From: Octopus sinensis
Taxonomy: Eukaryota
Assembly: GCF_006345805.1 (NCBI RefSeq)
Contig: NC_043002.1
Span: 23,622,001-23,686,000, forward strand
DNA length: 64,000 nucleotides
Direction of reading: 5' to 3'
The notes under the pieces are model-generated. The model had not been told where the DNA came from. It did not search any database and was given only the letters and a program-made list of their open reading frames with translations. Positions within the stretch are counted from its first letter, which is position 1; every line of letters begins with the position of its first letter. This document shows positions 39,790 to 53,142 of the stretch, piece after piece. A program made the translations under genes and the position numbers.

Positions 39790-41310
39790 GTGACACAAGC
39801 ATTCTGTGTTCTTAAGTTGACCTGCAACCATGAGCTTTTTCACACAGCTGTCCTCATCCATTCGCAACACATTACCATATAAGCACAAATATTTCTCTGG
39901 CACACCACATCTGATGCTTCTTAAGCCCAACTTTTCTCTCAGGACGCTTACACTCTGTTATGAAGGCACACTAACATTACACATGCAGCAGAGCATAGTG
40001 GCTTCATTGCTTGCAAGCCTATACATGTCTCAGCAGTCACGGCCCATGTTTCACTGCAATGTAGCATGGCTGTTCACACATATGCATCATACAGTCTACC
40101 TTTTACTCTGAGCGAGAGGCCCTTTGTTACCAGCAGAGGCAGGTGCTCTCTGAACTTTGCCCAGGCTATTCTTATTCTAGCAGTCATACTTTCAGAGCAT
40201 CTGGCACCGCTACTGACTCGGTCACCTAGGTAACAGAAGCTATTAACTACTTGTAGTTTTCCCCCTGGAATGTGTGAAAGCTGTTCTCTGCACATTTTCA
40301 GTGTTTATTGCTCCTAAGCATTTGCCATTCACAAAAATTATCTTCCCAGTTAGCCTTCTTTTGATATTGCTGCATCTCTTATTTGTCCAAAGCTTACACC
40401 AGATCCATCTTATGGAGTTTCTACCGATGCTTTTTCTACAAATTGAGCAGGATTTGTGGTTTGTCTGCCTTGCTACTTATGAAGACTTGTTTTTTTTTGC
40501 TGGGTTGACTCAAAGGCCCTTCTATTCTAATCCTTGCTTCCACACCTGAAACTTCTCCTCTAGGTCTGATAGTCACTCAGCAATTAGAGCAAGGTCATCA
40601 GCATACAAAAGCCCCAGGGGCATATTGTCTTGAATTCCTTTGTTATTGCCTGGAGGAATAAGAGGATGGCTGAGGACTGATCCGTTGTGGACCCCTATCC
40701 CTACTCAATTCTTCACTGTACTCGTTGCCAACCCTCCCCTTACTGACAGCATCGCTGTACATGGTTTGTACAGCCCTCGCAAACCATTCATCTATTCCTA
40801 GTTTTCTCATTGACCACCAAATAAGGGATCGATGGACCTGTCAAAGGCTTTCTCCATGTCAACGAAAGCCAGGTACAGAGGTTTATCTTTGGCTTGCTAT
40901 TTCTTCTGCAGCTGTCTTAGCAGAAATATAGCACGTGGTGCTTTTCCCTGGCACAAGCTCAACTGCATCTTGACTGAATCTGTCCCTAATCAGTTGGGCT
41001 ATGACCCTCTCCATTACTTCCATTACCTGATCCAATAACTTGATACCCCTGTAATTATTTGTATCTAATTCGTCACTTTTACCCTTGTAGCAGTTGACTA
41101 TGGGGCTGCTACACCAGTCATTGGGTTTGACACCTTCATGTATCACCTGGTTCACTATACGGGTGACTAGGCTATAGCCAACACCACCAAATATTGTGAG
41201 CATCTCTGCAGTGATTCTTGATGGGCCAAGGGCTTTCCCTGTCTTCATACCCTTAACTACTTTATCTACCAAGGTACTCTCAATATGGATCGCTGGTCCT
41301 TCTGTTGGGG
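39790..41310 (-). mobile_element. RTE-clade LINE RT fragment
   Basis: MKTGKALGPSRITAEML...IVNCYKGK..DTNNYRGIKLL, DMEKAFDR, FCYLGD, RIRIAWAKFRE; frameshifted. Confidence 0.85.
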
Positions 41311-41381
41311 ATCAGCAATGACAGTTGCTTGTGGATATATTCATAACCAGAATGATAAATCCCTTTTTGCTTTAGTAAGTA

Positions 41382-42192
41382 CCATAAATCCTCGAGTATA
41401 GTCTGACCTTGAGTATAATATGCAGGGGATTTTTAGGGGGCTGTACCGCTGGAAAACCTAAACCGTGTGTATAATACGTACCCCTTCTCTAACTTGAGTC
41501 AAGGAGGTCTATATAAAGTCCTTGGTTTGTAAAAATGTATACAGTAACGTCCTTTATTATTGTATATATATAACATAATGCAAATGTGTAGCTTTTTTGT
41601 GCATTTTGTTTGCATAAAATAAAGAAATAACAGTCAGGGAAAAATAAATAGCCTTTACATATTTATCACTATCAGTTGCAAAAGCAAAAGCAAAAACATT
41701 TATTCAAATCTTTCAAATTCAACGTCACTTTCAGCATCAAATAACTGTTCCATTTGTTCCTCCGTAAACATAGCATCATTGTAATGTAAATCTCCGTCAT
41801 CATTAGATTCATAGTCAAAATCAGAAGATTCACTTTCATTTATTTCATCTTTCCATACAACGTCATCCTCAGTACCATCCAGTGCAGACGATATACAACA
41901 TTTGATAGAACTTTTCACAATAATCTGGGGATCAAGTTCATTCCATGCATACACAATCCATTTGCATATCAAAGTCAGGTCGGGAGCGCGAATATGTTAG
42001 TAAATAGGTTTGCAAATTGTTTTTGTTACATGTTATTCTGTGTGTCTGAATACTTTTATTTTAATAAATGTTGCTTACTATAAGTTATGGGTGATTCGTT
42101 TATGATTTCATTGCTTTCAGGCTTAGCTTAAGGTATTTTCACATGCAACATCACAAAATGCATCTGAATAAACATTGCTAGAGGATTTACAG
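41382..42192 (-). mobile_element. pogo-family DNA transposon deletion derivative with transposase C-terminus
   Basis: TA-flanked TIRs CCATAAATCCTC / GAGGATTTACAG; ORF 41700-41972 CKWIVYAWNEL..IIVKS..KCCISSALDGTEDD. Confidence 0.85.
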
Positions 42193-42581
42193 TACATATG
42201 TCAGTGTAAACTATGGGTATATAGGCTCTATATTGATGTTTTACTATTTAAACAGGGTAGGACCACTAAGGTTAAAAGATGATGATGATGATGATGATAA
42301 TGAAAACACAATAAAGGCAAAATGAATGTCACTTAAAACTTTTATTCCTTATTCCCATTCCTTTATTCTCTTATAACAAATTCCTCATCGGCAATCAAAG
42401 TCATCACTGTGTTGATATATTTAGATATATAAATGATATTGAAGTTGTAATTCATGAATTTCATAGTAACAGTAATGGAATTGAAGTTGATAATGCCAAG
42501 CTTGAAGAGGAATAAACCCTGTCTTTTAGCAGACAAAATATTCATAATTGTAGGCATGTAATAAATTTTGATGTTGTATGG

Positions 42582-43333
42582 TTACACTTGTGAATGAATA
42601 CTCAAATGTCTACTTAAGTTACCTTTTTGAGGGAATGATTTACCACAGATGTCACAATGATATGGTCTTTCTCCAGTATAAACACGTTTGTTACAAGTCA
42701 AGTGACTACTTGAAGAGTATGATTTACCACAAATATCACAACAATAGGGCTTCTCTCCCATATGTGTACGCTTGTGTTTAGTTAAGGCAACACTCATAGA
42801 GAATGATTTACCACAGATATCACAATGGTATGGCTTCTCACCTGTATGTGTACGTTCATGGTCAGTTAAGTTACTACGTTGAGAGAATGATTTACAACAG
42901 ATATCGCAATGGTATGGCTTCTCTCCTGTAAGTGCACGTTTGTTTCCAGTTAAGTTGAGAGAAAAATTTACTGCAGAATATCAAAATGGTATAACTTCTC
43001 TCCAGTATGAATACGTATGTGACTAGGCAAATGGCTACTTTCAGTGAATGATTCACCACAAATATAACAACGATATGGTTTCTCTCCTGTATGTTTAAGT
43101 TTGTGTTTAGTCAAATGACCACATTGAGAGAATGATTTACCACAGATATCACAATAATATGGCTTCTCTCCTGTATGCGTAAGTTTGTGTGTAGTCAAGT
43201 TACCAGTTTGAGAGAATAATTTACCAGAGATATCACAATGGTATGGCTTCTCTCCTGTATGCGTAAGTTTGTGTGTAGTCAAGTTACCAGTTTGAGAGAA
43301 TGATTTACCACAATAATCACAATGGTATGGCTT
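42582..43333 (-). pseudogene. Disrupted 3' fingers of cassette C
   Basis: In-frame fingers after TAA at 43336-43334, a frameshift at HFDILQ* (42968), then A-like terminal fingers ending [15 protein letters not shown]. Confidence 0.8.
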
Positions 43334-44056
43334 TTATCCTGTATGTGTAAGTTTGTGTCTAATCAAGTCACGACTTCTAAAGCATGATTTACCACAGATA
43401 TCGCAATGGTATGGCCTCTCTCCTGTATGGGTGCGTTTGTGGTTTGTTAAGCTACCAGTTTGAGAGAATGATTTACCACAGATATCACACTGATAGGGCT
43501 TCTCTCCCGTATGTGTACGGATGTGTCTAGTCACATCACTATCTCCAGAGAATGATTTACGACAGACATCGCAATGGTATGGCTTCTCTCCTGTATGGTT
43601 ACGTTTGTGTCTAGTCAAATGACCACTTTGAGAGAATGATTTACAACAAATATCACAATGATAGGGCTTCTCTCCTGTATGTGTACGTTTGTGTATAGTC
43701 AACTGACCACTTTGACAGAATGATTTACCACAAATATCACAATGATAGGGCTTCTCTCCTGTATGTGTACGTTTGTGTTGAATTACGTGACAACTAATAG
43801 AGAATGATGTACCACAGATATCACAATGATATGGCTTCTCACCTGTATGAACACGTTTATGAATAGTCAACTGACTATTACAAGAGTATGATTCACCACA
43901 GATATCACAATGATATGCTTTCTTTCCCGTATGTGTAGTGAAGACACCACTTTTAGAGAATGATTTACTACAGGTATTAGAGTGATATGTTTTCTCACCT
44001 GTATCAGGGTTGTTTGCTTTAGTTAAATGATTCATCATGAGAGGATAACTTGTCAT
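43334..44056 (-). CDS. C2H2 zinc-finger protein, cassette C (240 aa, 7 intact fingers)
   Basis: ORF from ATG 44056; acceptor at 44480-44479; ends at a linker Glu-to-TAA stop. Confidence 0.75.
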   Translation of the reverse strand: MTSYPLMMNHLTKANNPDTGEKTYHSNTCSKSFSKSGVFTTHTGKKAYHCDICGESYSCNSQLTIHKRVHTGEKPYHCDICGTSFSISCHVIQHKRTHTGEKPYHCDICGKSFCQSGQLTIHKRTHTGEKPYHCDICCKSFSQSGHLTRHKRNHTGEKPYHCDVCRKSFSGDSDVTRHIRTHTGEKPYQCDICGKSFSQTGSLTNHKRTHTGERPYHCDICGKSCFRSRDLIRHKLTHTG

Positions 44057-45369
44057 ACATATCACAATGATAGTGTGTATTTTATTTCTATGAGAATGTT
44101 TGTGTTCAGTTGTATCACTATTTTTAGGGAATAATTTAATGCCGTTTCTTTCCTCTGAGATTTTGCTTAATATCTAAATCATGAGGTGACAATTGTCTAT
44201 GCCTTTGTAAAGTTATCCAAGCATAATTAACCTGTAAAGCAATCATCTCCTCTATATTCCAGATAGCAAGGACTTCAAATTGTTGCTGTTAATTCCATTG
44301 TCCAGAAGAAATATTTTGCCATATTTTGTCATAGATTTTATTTATAGTAAAAAGGTAGATGTATTGATGAATGCTCCTTATAAATATATCGTCTTTCTTT
44401 AGTCAATAAAAGTTGATAAAACAATCAAAGGCACATCTGAATGAAGTAATTTCTTTTATGTCAACAGGATGTGATATTCTGAAATAGAAAAAAAGAGTCA
44501 GTGAGATAAAGAGGATAGTTAAATGACTTAGCAATTCAACATTGCAAATATTCTTTTCTTCTCTAGGCCCAAGGCCCAAAATTTATGGGGAGGGGCCAGA
44601 CAATTAGATCGACCCCAGTATATAAATGGTACTCAATTTATCGACCTCGAAAGGATAAAACAGAAATCAACCTTGGCAGAACCTGAACTCAGAATATAAA
44701 GACAGACGAAATACTGCTAAGCATTTCGCCCGATATGCTAATGTTTCTGCCAGCTTGCTGCCTTCAACATTGCAAAATATTACATCGACACTGTCATTCA
44801 TTTAATGTCCATGTTTCCACTGGTCAGAATCCATTGAGGCATGGAAAGGTTTACTGCCTGACTGGATCTTGTGCCAGTGGCACATAATAAGCAGCATTCG
44901 AGTGTGGTTGATGCCAGTGCTGACTGACTGACCGCAAGCCAGTGTCACGTAAAAAACACACAGTAAACTCTCAGAGTAGTTGATGTTAGGAAGGGCATCC
45001 AAATGTAGAAACATTACCAGATCAGTTTGGAACCTGATGCAGCCTCCTGATCTGCCAGACTTCAATCAAGCCGTCCAACCTACCCCAGCATTTAAAGCAG
45101 ACGTTAAACAACAAGGATGATGATGATGATGTATATAGAGGAATCATTTCTACCTTTCTCTCTTTTCTTTGTTTTCCTTGCTTCACATGTGAAGTGGTGT
45201 GGCTTAGTTCATAGGGCACTTACCTCACAAGTGGTGAATCTTTACAATTAATTTATGCATATATATCATTCTAACATGTGGACCATTAATCTGGCCCCTT
45301 TACTTCTCAATCTCTCTCCCCATGTTGTTTCCTCTCACACCTTTCTCTCGAAAAGTGTATGCTTAAAAC

Positions 45370-46450
45370 ATGAAAAACTTTCCCATTCTTCTTGAGCTCC
45401 TACTGTGGAAGTTGAGTGACATCCCAAGAGAACCAGGTTTAGAGGAGTTTGTTTTGCCTTATACAGATGGTATCACTATTAGCGTTACCACAGCAGCATG
45501 CCTACATGAAGTGGATAATGCTATTGAGATTTACAAGACGGCAGCAGGAGCAAAGATCAACCTGGAAAAGTCGGTCGGCTTGCAGCTCGGCACCTGGGTT
45601 GGCAAATTGATGCCTTCAGACAGCGTTGTTGAGCACTGGACGGAGGGACTAGTTGAATTGCTGGGAGTCTGATTTGGACTAGGTTCCAGATAGAGAAGAT
45701 CTGGACGGAGGTTTCAAGCAGGGTGGGTGTGATACTCAAGACCTGGTGGCTATCCTTGAATGGGAGGGCGGAGGTGGCCAATGTGTTTATCGCATCGATC
45801 GTTACTGACTGCCTGACCGTTGTGTCCTATCCAGATTTGTGAGCAAGATGCTCTTTCACGTCTTGTGCAAGGGCAAGTCGCCACTTGTGAAATGCTCTAT
45901 CTGTTGTTTAGGGATGCCTTGGTTAATGATGCGCAGGCATGTGTTGAGGTTGAAGCATCTCGGGATTCTCCTGGATGGTGAATGTGTGTGGTCTCTGCTA
46001 GCCAGACAAATGTTCCCCGAGTTCAAAAGTTTTTGCAAACAGGAAACCTGGTGTTCTCATAGACGGAGGTCAAGTAAGTGGCATATGGAGTGTCATAAGG
46101 CCCTCTTGCTATTCCGGTGCTTGGGCAACACCAGCTGTGGGGGTTCTACACGTTTTTTTATATAGTAGATTGGTAGAGTCTGAATGTGACGATGACCTGG
46201 GAGCGACTCTACATCTCAGGTATATTCAACTTGACAGCCTGTTCCACCGTACATTCGGGTTGGGAACGTCGGACAATTTCCAAAAGTCCTTGACCGGGCA
46301 ATGTTACAAGGGCGCCTTGCCCGTTTGGGATAAACTCGCAAGACATGGAAAGACTCACTCTCCAACCTGTTCAAGATGTGGGTGGGATAGGGAAACTGTC
46401 TCTCATGCTCTTGTCCAGTGCCCAGAGATATCTGAAATGTAGGTTTATGC
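45370..46450 (+). mobile_element. L1/Tx1-clade LINE ORF2 3' fragment
   Basis: YKTAAGAKINLEKS, LGMPWL, ALPVWDKL, and CCHC motif CSRCGWDRETVSHALVQCP; multiple stops and frameshifts. Confidence 0.8.
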
Positions 46451-46462
46451 TGAACTCCTGTT

Positions 46463-46735
46463 AAGAGATATGGCTGTTATTTCTAGCACATGCAGAAGAC
46501 AGACAGAAGAGAGAAGGATGAATAACACGTGTGTCTGAGTTTTTAGACGCAGAAAATGAATTGAGCTCAAATGCTGGCATTTCATTGGTTAAAATTCGAA
46601 GAATTAAACTACGTTAAACTTACAAATTTCAATTTTGTTTACAATAATGTTTTCTTTTGACACATTCTACCAGTATACTAAGTTTCAAATTGTTTAGTTA
46701 ACTAGAAAATTCTGTCCATCAAAAGGAAAAGATCC
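46463..46735. mobile_element. GGATC-ended MITE half, inverted counterpart of 29905-30188
   Basis: Reverse complement aligns along its length with 29905-30188, ending ...CCATCAAAAGGAAAAGATCC. Confidence 0.75.
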
Positions 46736-46739
46736 TAAT

Positions 46740-47285
46740 TCTTTTACACAAATTAAATAATTTTTTAAACTAAGTAAATAAATTATTTTTTTAAACAATG
46801 TATATAATTTTTTTTACACAAATCAAATATTTTTCGAACAAAGTAAATAATTTTTTAAACTAAGTATATAAATTATTACGGAGTTGTACTTGCATAGCAA
46901 GTGATTTGATCTCAGATCGTGTGCTGAAAGGAAAACAATTGCAACGTGGAAGGTGTTTGTAAGCTATTTAAGAAGCACACAAAAGCCGTTCGATTCACTT
47001 CAACATTTAAGTTTAATTTGTGTTTCTTAAATGGCTTACAAACACCTTCCACGCTGCAATTGTAAATAAATTATTTTTTAAAACAATGTAGATAATTTTT
47101 TTTTTTTACACAAATTAATTATTTTTCGAACAAAGTAAATAAAACACAAAGTAAATAATTTTTTAAACTAAGAAAACAAAATTATTTTTATAAACAAAAG
47201 TTAGGGTTAAAAAGTCGTAGGATCGACTACTTACAACTAGCTAGCGCGAGTGCGCGCACCGGGACCACTGTTCGTTAGTAGTACC
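46740..47285. repeat. AT-rich tandem repeats interrupted by a hairpin MITE (46937-47062) and ending in a GTGCGCGCAC-type TIR
   Basis: Repeated AAATAATTTTTTAAAC units; inverted repeat CAATTGCAACGTGGAAGGTGTTTGTAAG / CTTACAAACACCTTCCACGCTGCAATTG. Confidence 0.65.
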
Positions 47286-47339
47286 CTGTAAGGATAGGCT
47301 GGTTATGGTGAACATAGTGTAGACATCATCCCTTAAAAA

Positions 47340-47460
47340 GTTTCAAACCTAACAATTAAGTCGCAACTTTAACAGGAAGCCGCTGTTTTACTGTCTGAAG
47401 TTAAATAAAACCTTAACTTCCGGCAAATGTCTCAGAACTTGTAGATTTTTGTCTTGTTCG
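47340..47460 (+). promoter_or_regulatory. Putative NAA20 core promoter
   Basis: ETS-like CAGGAAGC (about 47373) and ACTTCCGG (about 47416) 130-175 bp upstream of the ATG. Confidence 0.4.
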
Positions 47461-47547
47461 GCGGTGTTTTTCTTTACTTTGTTATTTTCCCTCTTTCATT
47501 TATCATCAACGCATTTCTTTGGTTTAATTAATTATTATAAGAATATA

Positions 47548-48069
47548 ATGACTACCATTCGTCCGTTTACTTGTTCGGATTTATTCAAGTTCAACAACGT
47601 CAATTTAGATCCACTTACCGAAACATATGGCCTGGCCTTCTATATGCAGTATTTAGCACAATGGCCCGAGTATTTTCAGGTTGCCGAATCACCCTCGGGC
47701 GAAATCATGGGTTACATCATGGGTAAAGCCGAAGGCAGAGCCGAGAACTGGCACGGACACGTTACAGCTCTGTCCGTTTCGCCCGAACACAGACGTCTCG
47801 GACTTGCTGCCAAACTTATGCACACACTGGAGGAGATTTCCGAACGTAAGAAGTGTTTCTTCGTCGACTTGTTTGTGCGAGTATCGAATAAAGTTGCCGT
47901 CGACATGTACAACAAATTGGGTTATACAGTCTATAGACGTGTACTGGAATATTACTCTGGACTGGACGACGAGGATGCGTTTGATATGCGGAAAGCTTTA
48001 TCGAGAGACAAAGACAAAAAATCTGTGATACCCTTATTGCATCCGGTACGACCGGAGGAATTGGATTGA
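47548..48069 (+). CDS. NAA20: N-alpha-acetyltransferase 20 (NatB catalytic subunit), 173 aa, intronless CDS
   Basis: MTTIRPFTCSDLFKFNNVNLDPLTETY...WHGHVTALSVSPEHRRLGLA...FVDLFVRVSNKVAV.MY..LGY.VYR.VLEYYSG..DEDAFDMRKALSRD; intact ORF. Confidence 0.97.
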   Translation: MTTIRPFTCSDLFKFNNVNLDPLTETYGLAFYMQYLAQWPEYFQVAESPSGEIMGYIMGKAEGRAENWHGHVTALSVSPEHRRLGLAAKLMHTLEEISERKKCFFVDLFVRVSNKVAVDMYNKLGYTVYRRVLEYYSGLDDEDAFDMRKALSRDKDKKSVIPLLHPVRPEELD

Positions 48070-48433
48070 CTATGCAATGCTTTCGTCATGATTAGTGTTC
48101 TAGTCATGATTCTCGCTCTTTTGCCCCTCTTTTACAACCACCCCACCTGACCGCCGAAACCTTAATGCTGTTAATTTATAAATCTGTTGCTATTAATTAG
48201 TATTGGAAATTGTCAGGGATGTTACAATTGTATCCCAGTAATCCTTTATATAAATTTCAGAACAAATGTCTTATGTAAAATAACAAAAATTCTTGCTATT
48301 GGTGTTCTTTCTTGTTTTTAATTCTAGGTACGACATGAAACCGAAACCACTCCGTTTTTCTTTTTCAGTTATTGGATACTCTGAACTACAGTATCCAAAT
48401 TTGCCAATTTCTCTTAAACGATAGGGGTGAGTT

Positions 48434-48525
48434 GGATGGCGAAAGTAAAGAATACGTACACCCCGTGTTTAGGGTTAGGGTTTTTGTTACGCCGAAAACG
48501 GGTGGTGTACGTATTCTTTACATCC
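48434..48525. mobile_element. Tiny hairpin MITE with a TTAGGG motif in the loop
   Basis: GGATG..GTAAAGAATACGTACACC / GGTGTACGTATTCTTTACATCC inverted repeat around TTTAGGGTTAGGGTT. Confidence 0.6.
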
Positions 48526-51500
48526 GCCTGTTGGATTTGGCTGGTATTTCTAGCATATCCATCAACCCAGGAATAGCGGCTATTGTTTAACCCAAAGTCA
48601 ACTCTAATTAAGTCACGACAAAAAGGCTGTAATTTGCTATGATAGACACTCATTACCACGTCAGTTTTGCCGTTAATTTGTTATAAAGTAATTAAAACTT
48701 CATTTTGTGAGAGAATGCAGTTCATTATGTGTGTTTAAACCCTGTGACGTAGAAACCGATTCTAATTACTTTTGAATTCTTGGCTAGAAATGTTTATTGT
48801 TTTGGCTAAAGTTGTCGAAGGTGTACGGAAATAGCATCACCCAGTAAAAACGGTGGTGACCACACAAGCAACATGCTACTTTCATCCAATTCACATATCA
48901 CTTTTCTTTTCAGTCATTGAACTGCGGCCATGCTGGGGTGCCGCCTTGATGGGTTTTAGTCGAACAGATCGATCTCAGTACTTTTTTGAATTATGAAGGC
49001 CTAGTACTTGTTCTATCAGACACTTATGCCGAACCGCTACAGTTACGGGCACGTAAACAAACCCAGACCGGTTGTAAAGCGGCGGCGAGACACATACGAT
49101 GGGCTTTTTCAGTATTCGTCGACCAAATTCACACACGATTTTGGTGAACCCGAGGATATCGTAGGAGATACTTGCTCAAGGTGCCACGCAATGGGACTGA
49201 ACTCGGAACCATGTGGGTTGGAAAGCAAACTTCGGTTAATATAAAATAAAAACAAAAAAACTCCCAGTTAACAACTGTGTAGAAAACGAATGAATTGTTT
49301 GCTGTTTTATTCAGCAACCTTAGAATTTTTGCGGGGATTTCACACGGGTAATATAAATAATAATTTATGAATCATTGGGGGAGCTAGTGATTACAAAGAC
49401 TAATTAAACTAACTCACTGACCGTTTTATAAACAATTATGCGTTGGAATTTTTCTTAGATACTCACAGTTTACAGCATGTCTTTTCTATGTGGTCCCTTC
49501 CGTCTTGTACCGGAGGTTTTTGTCTACATATTCGATGAGTTACTTTATTTTATTTTTTCATATTCGTCTGGAAAAGCTAAATCTTGTCCAAATAATAATT
49601 ATTACGTTTATGTGTTTGTTTTCCAAGATTTATGATGTGACCATCCCCAAGTATAACGAAATAGTAAATTATTAAACAAAACCGTGCCAAAACAGACACA
49701 GAAGTTTGGTGCAGTCTCCTAGGCAGGCTAGCTCCTGTCAGACAGTCCAACCCATGCCAGCATGGAAGGCGGACGTTAAGCGATGATGAGATCTGTTTAT
49801 GAATTATGCTTTGACAGTAACGGGAGTAACTGTACAAGCCGAGTTGTCTGCCTTTCGAGCAGCTATGCTACTCCTATGAATTCCTCCAACAAACCCAACA
49901 ACTTCAGTCCCAAATTCATAGAGCGAAAATATCTCCGGACAACTTTCAAATCCCCTATTTCCAAGGAAACGCTGTCATTCTACATTAACTGTGCCTGTTA
50001 CTGTGATTAGGGCCCATTTGGTGCAAGTTCTTGGAAATCTAAATTTTAGCAGTGAGTGATCTGTTACCTTTACACGTGTGTTCAGGCAACTTGCCACCTG
50101 TTAACATTTATAATTAAATAATTCATGATCCAAAAATAATTTCATTTTAGTTGAGGCTTAATTTTTAATTCTATCAATTTATTTCAGTAATTTCCACTTC
50201 AAAATGATAGCATATATGCCTCCTATTGTGTCATATAGTCTCATATATTTGTGTGTGTGTGTGTATATATATATATATTTATACACACCTGGCATCTTTT
50301 GCTTTTAGTGGAGTCCATCCTGCTGCAAAACACGTGGGCTAGGTTTCAAGTTTGAGGATATCTTCCTCCTTCCCATCTGATTCAGTGATCATGAGCACAG
50401 CCTTCATGTAATGCACTTTCACTCATGTAAGGCAGCCATTTTATGTACCTAAATTGAAAGATTGCTTAACTGCCTAAACTTACAGTAGATGCTAACACTT
50501 CTCCCACCACCTTGCTTTTAAATTTGGTAATATTGTTAGTTAATCAAAGACTGGATCCTCAGATTCATTTGTATCACATTGCAGAGAATATGATCATTTA
50601 ATATCCATATTCATTGCTGACATTGAATACCGTTTTGATGGTATTCAACGAACCAGAGAACTGTGTTGAGCTCTAATGTCTGCTTAGGCAGGGTTTCTAC
50701 AGCTATATGCTTTTCCTAATAATGTGTACTTAATAATGAAAACATTAGCTTTGTTTCACTTTCTAATATTAGAAATTATATCATTTTAATTATGAAAATC
50801 ATCATTTTAATATTCACTTTCCCATTCGTGTATGGATCAGACAATTTGTTGAGGCAGGTTTTCTATAGCTAGATTACCCTCCCTGTTGCTAACCCTTACC
50901 TATTTCCAAGTAAGATAATATTTCCCCATGCCCAAAAATGTTTTTACAGAAGATTAGAATGAAGGATACTGCTTACATGATGGTGGTGATACTCATTTAC
51001 AACTATCCTGTAATATCAAGAAGACACAGATATATATTTACGATGGCACATAAAAAGCACCATCCGATCGTGGCCGTTTGCCAGCCTCGTCTGGCACGTA
51101 AAAAACACCCACTACACTCACGGAGTGGTTGGCGTTAGGAAGGGCATCCAGCCGTAGAAACATTGCCAGATCAGACTGAGCCTGATGCAGCCTTCTGGCC
51201 TCCCAGACCCCAGTTGAACCGTCCAACCCATGCTAGCATGGAAAGTGGACGCTAAACGATGATGATGATGTATATTTATATATCTCGTCATCATCGTTTT
51301 AACATCTATTTTTCCATATGTTGTGCAGAGTTTTCTATGGCCAGATGCCTTTCATATTACCAAGTTCCACTTGCAGTCAAGTGAAGTAATAATCTCTTGG
51401 TGTATCAGACAACAAATTCCTCTGATATGTTTATGCGAAGAATTGGAAACGAACAATACTTACTGTATGGATGATCCTTTTGTTTTTATGGTGATCGTGC

Positions 51501-51864
51501 AACATGTTAAGAAACCTAGACATCATTTGGCTGTGGATTGCAAGCATCTGTCAGCAAGCAAAATGTGCAGATGAGGGAAATATGACTTCACTCAGACACA
51601 AGCACACACATTTTAAAAATCTTTTCATGTGTTTCAGTCACTGGGCTGCAATCATGCTGGGCACTACCTTGATGTGCTTTTAGCTGAACAAATTGACCCC
51701 GATACTTATTTTTGAATCAGGTATTCATTCCATTCACCTCTTGCCAAACCACTAAGTTATGGGGTTGTAAACAAACCACCACTGGTTGTTAAATGGTAGT
51801 GGTGGGACAAAAACAATAACATAGATTTTATATATATATATGTATAAATGATGATATATATGTG

Positions 51865-51951
<87 letters not shown>

Positions 51952-51968
51952 CTTATATACACACACAG

Positions 51969-52276
51969 TGAAGGTGCATGGCTTAGTGGTTAGGGCATTC
52001 GGCTCATGATCGTATGGTTGGGAGTTCAATTCCGGCGACGTGTTGTGTCCTTGAGCAAGACACTTTATTTCATGTTGCTCCAGTCCATTCAGCTGGCAAA
52101 AATGAGTAGTACCTGTATTTCAAAGAGCCAGCCTTGTCACACTGAATCAACGAGAACTACATTAAGGGTACACATGTTTGTGGAGTGCTCAGCCACTTGC
52201 ATGTTAATATCACAAGCAAGCTGGTCTGTTGATTGTATCAGCTGGGACCCTCGTCATCGTAACCAATGGAGTGCTC
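51969..52276 (+). mobile_element. tRNA-derived SINE (GAAGGCGCATGG family)
   Basis: A box TGGCTTAGTGG, B box GTTCAATTCC; second copy at 58428-58750. Confidence 0.8.
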
Positions 52277-53142
52277 CTATGTACATACATACACACATAC
52301 AGAGAGAGAGGGGGTGCTTCCACACAGTTTCTGTCTTTCAAATTTACAAAGCATAACATCCGTCAATGTGGAACTATAGTAGAAGGCACTTGCCAAAGGT
52401 GCCCTTCAGTGGGACTGACTGATATATCATGGTTGCAAAGTGAGCTTCTTAGTCACACAGTCATTTCTGTGTGACTAAATAAGCATTACATTTGACAGAC
52501 AACATATTTGTGGACTTAAATGGAAATGAAATACATTCATGTACTTGGTTATCATTTAATTCTTTAGCATTGAAACCAGTTTTATCCAGCCCACATATTC
52601 TATTTTATGTTCAAACCGGCCAGTTCCAGTTTCTCTCACCTACCGTACACTGTCAGTCTAAAAATAAAGTCACATTTTTGAAATTCCAAAACTATTAGAG
52701 AATCCATGATTACTTCAAAACTATGTGACTAAATAAGCATTACATATGACAGTAATCTGAGTTAAAGGATTAAACTGAAAACATTGTCAAAACACCAACC
52801 GATCGTGGCCGTTGCCAGCCTCCTCTGGCCCCTGTGCTGGTGGCACGTAAAAAGCACCCACTACACTCACGGAGTGGTTGACGTTAGGAAGGGCATCCAG
52901 CTGTTGAAATACTGCCAGATCAGACTGGAGCCTGGTGCAGCCTCCTGGCTTTCCAGACCCCGGTCAAACTGTTCAACCCATGCTAGCATGGAAAACAGAT
53001 GTTAAATGATGATGTTATGAAATCCAGAGAGAACATATCTGTAAAATATGAAATATACCTTCATATCAAATCATATATCAGAAAGCAGAACCAAAATTGA
53101 GGTTGATCAACATCAGTGGGAATTGCAGCTGTGGTTAAGCGA

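Noticed and set aside
47449-47547. Hydrophobic N-terminal extension of NAA20 in the ORF track
   Set aside because: Starts at TTG; homology begins at ATG 47548; T-rich UTR sequence.
49783-50010. CpG-containing 75-aa ORF downstream of NAA20
   Set aside because: No recognisable homology in any frame I read and no clear exon boundaries.
51969-52040. tRNA gene candidates (also near 58428 and 9274)
   Set aside because: A/B boxes are followed by SINE bodies with no complete cloverleaf; these are SINE heads.
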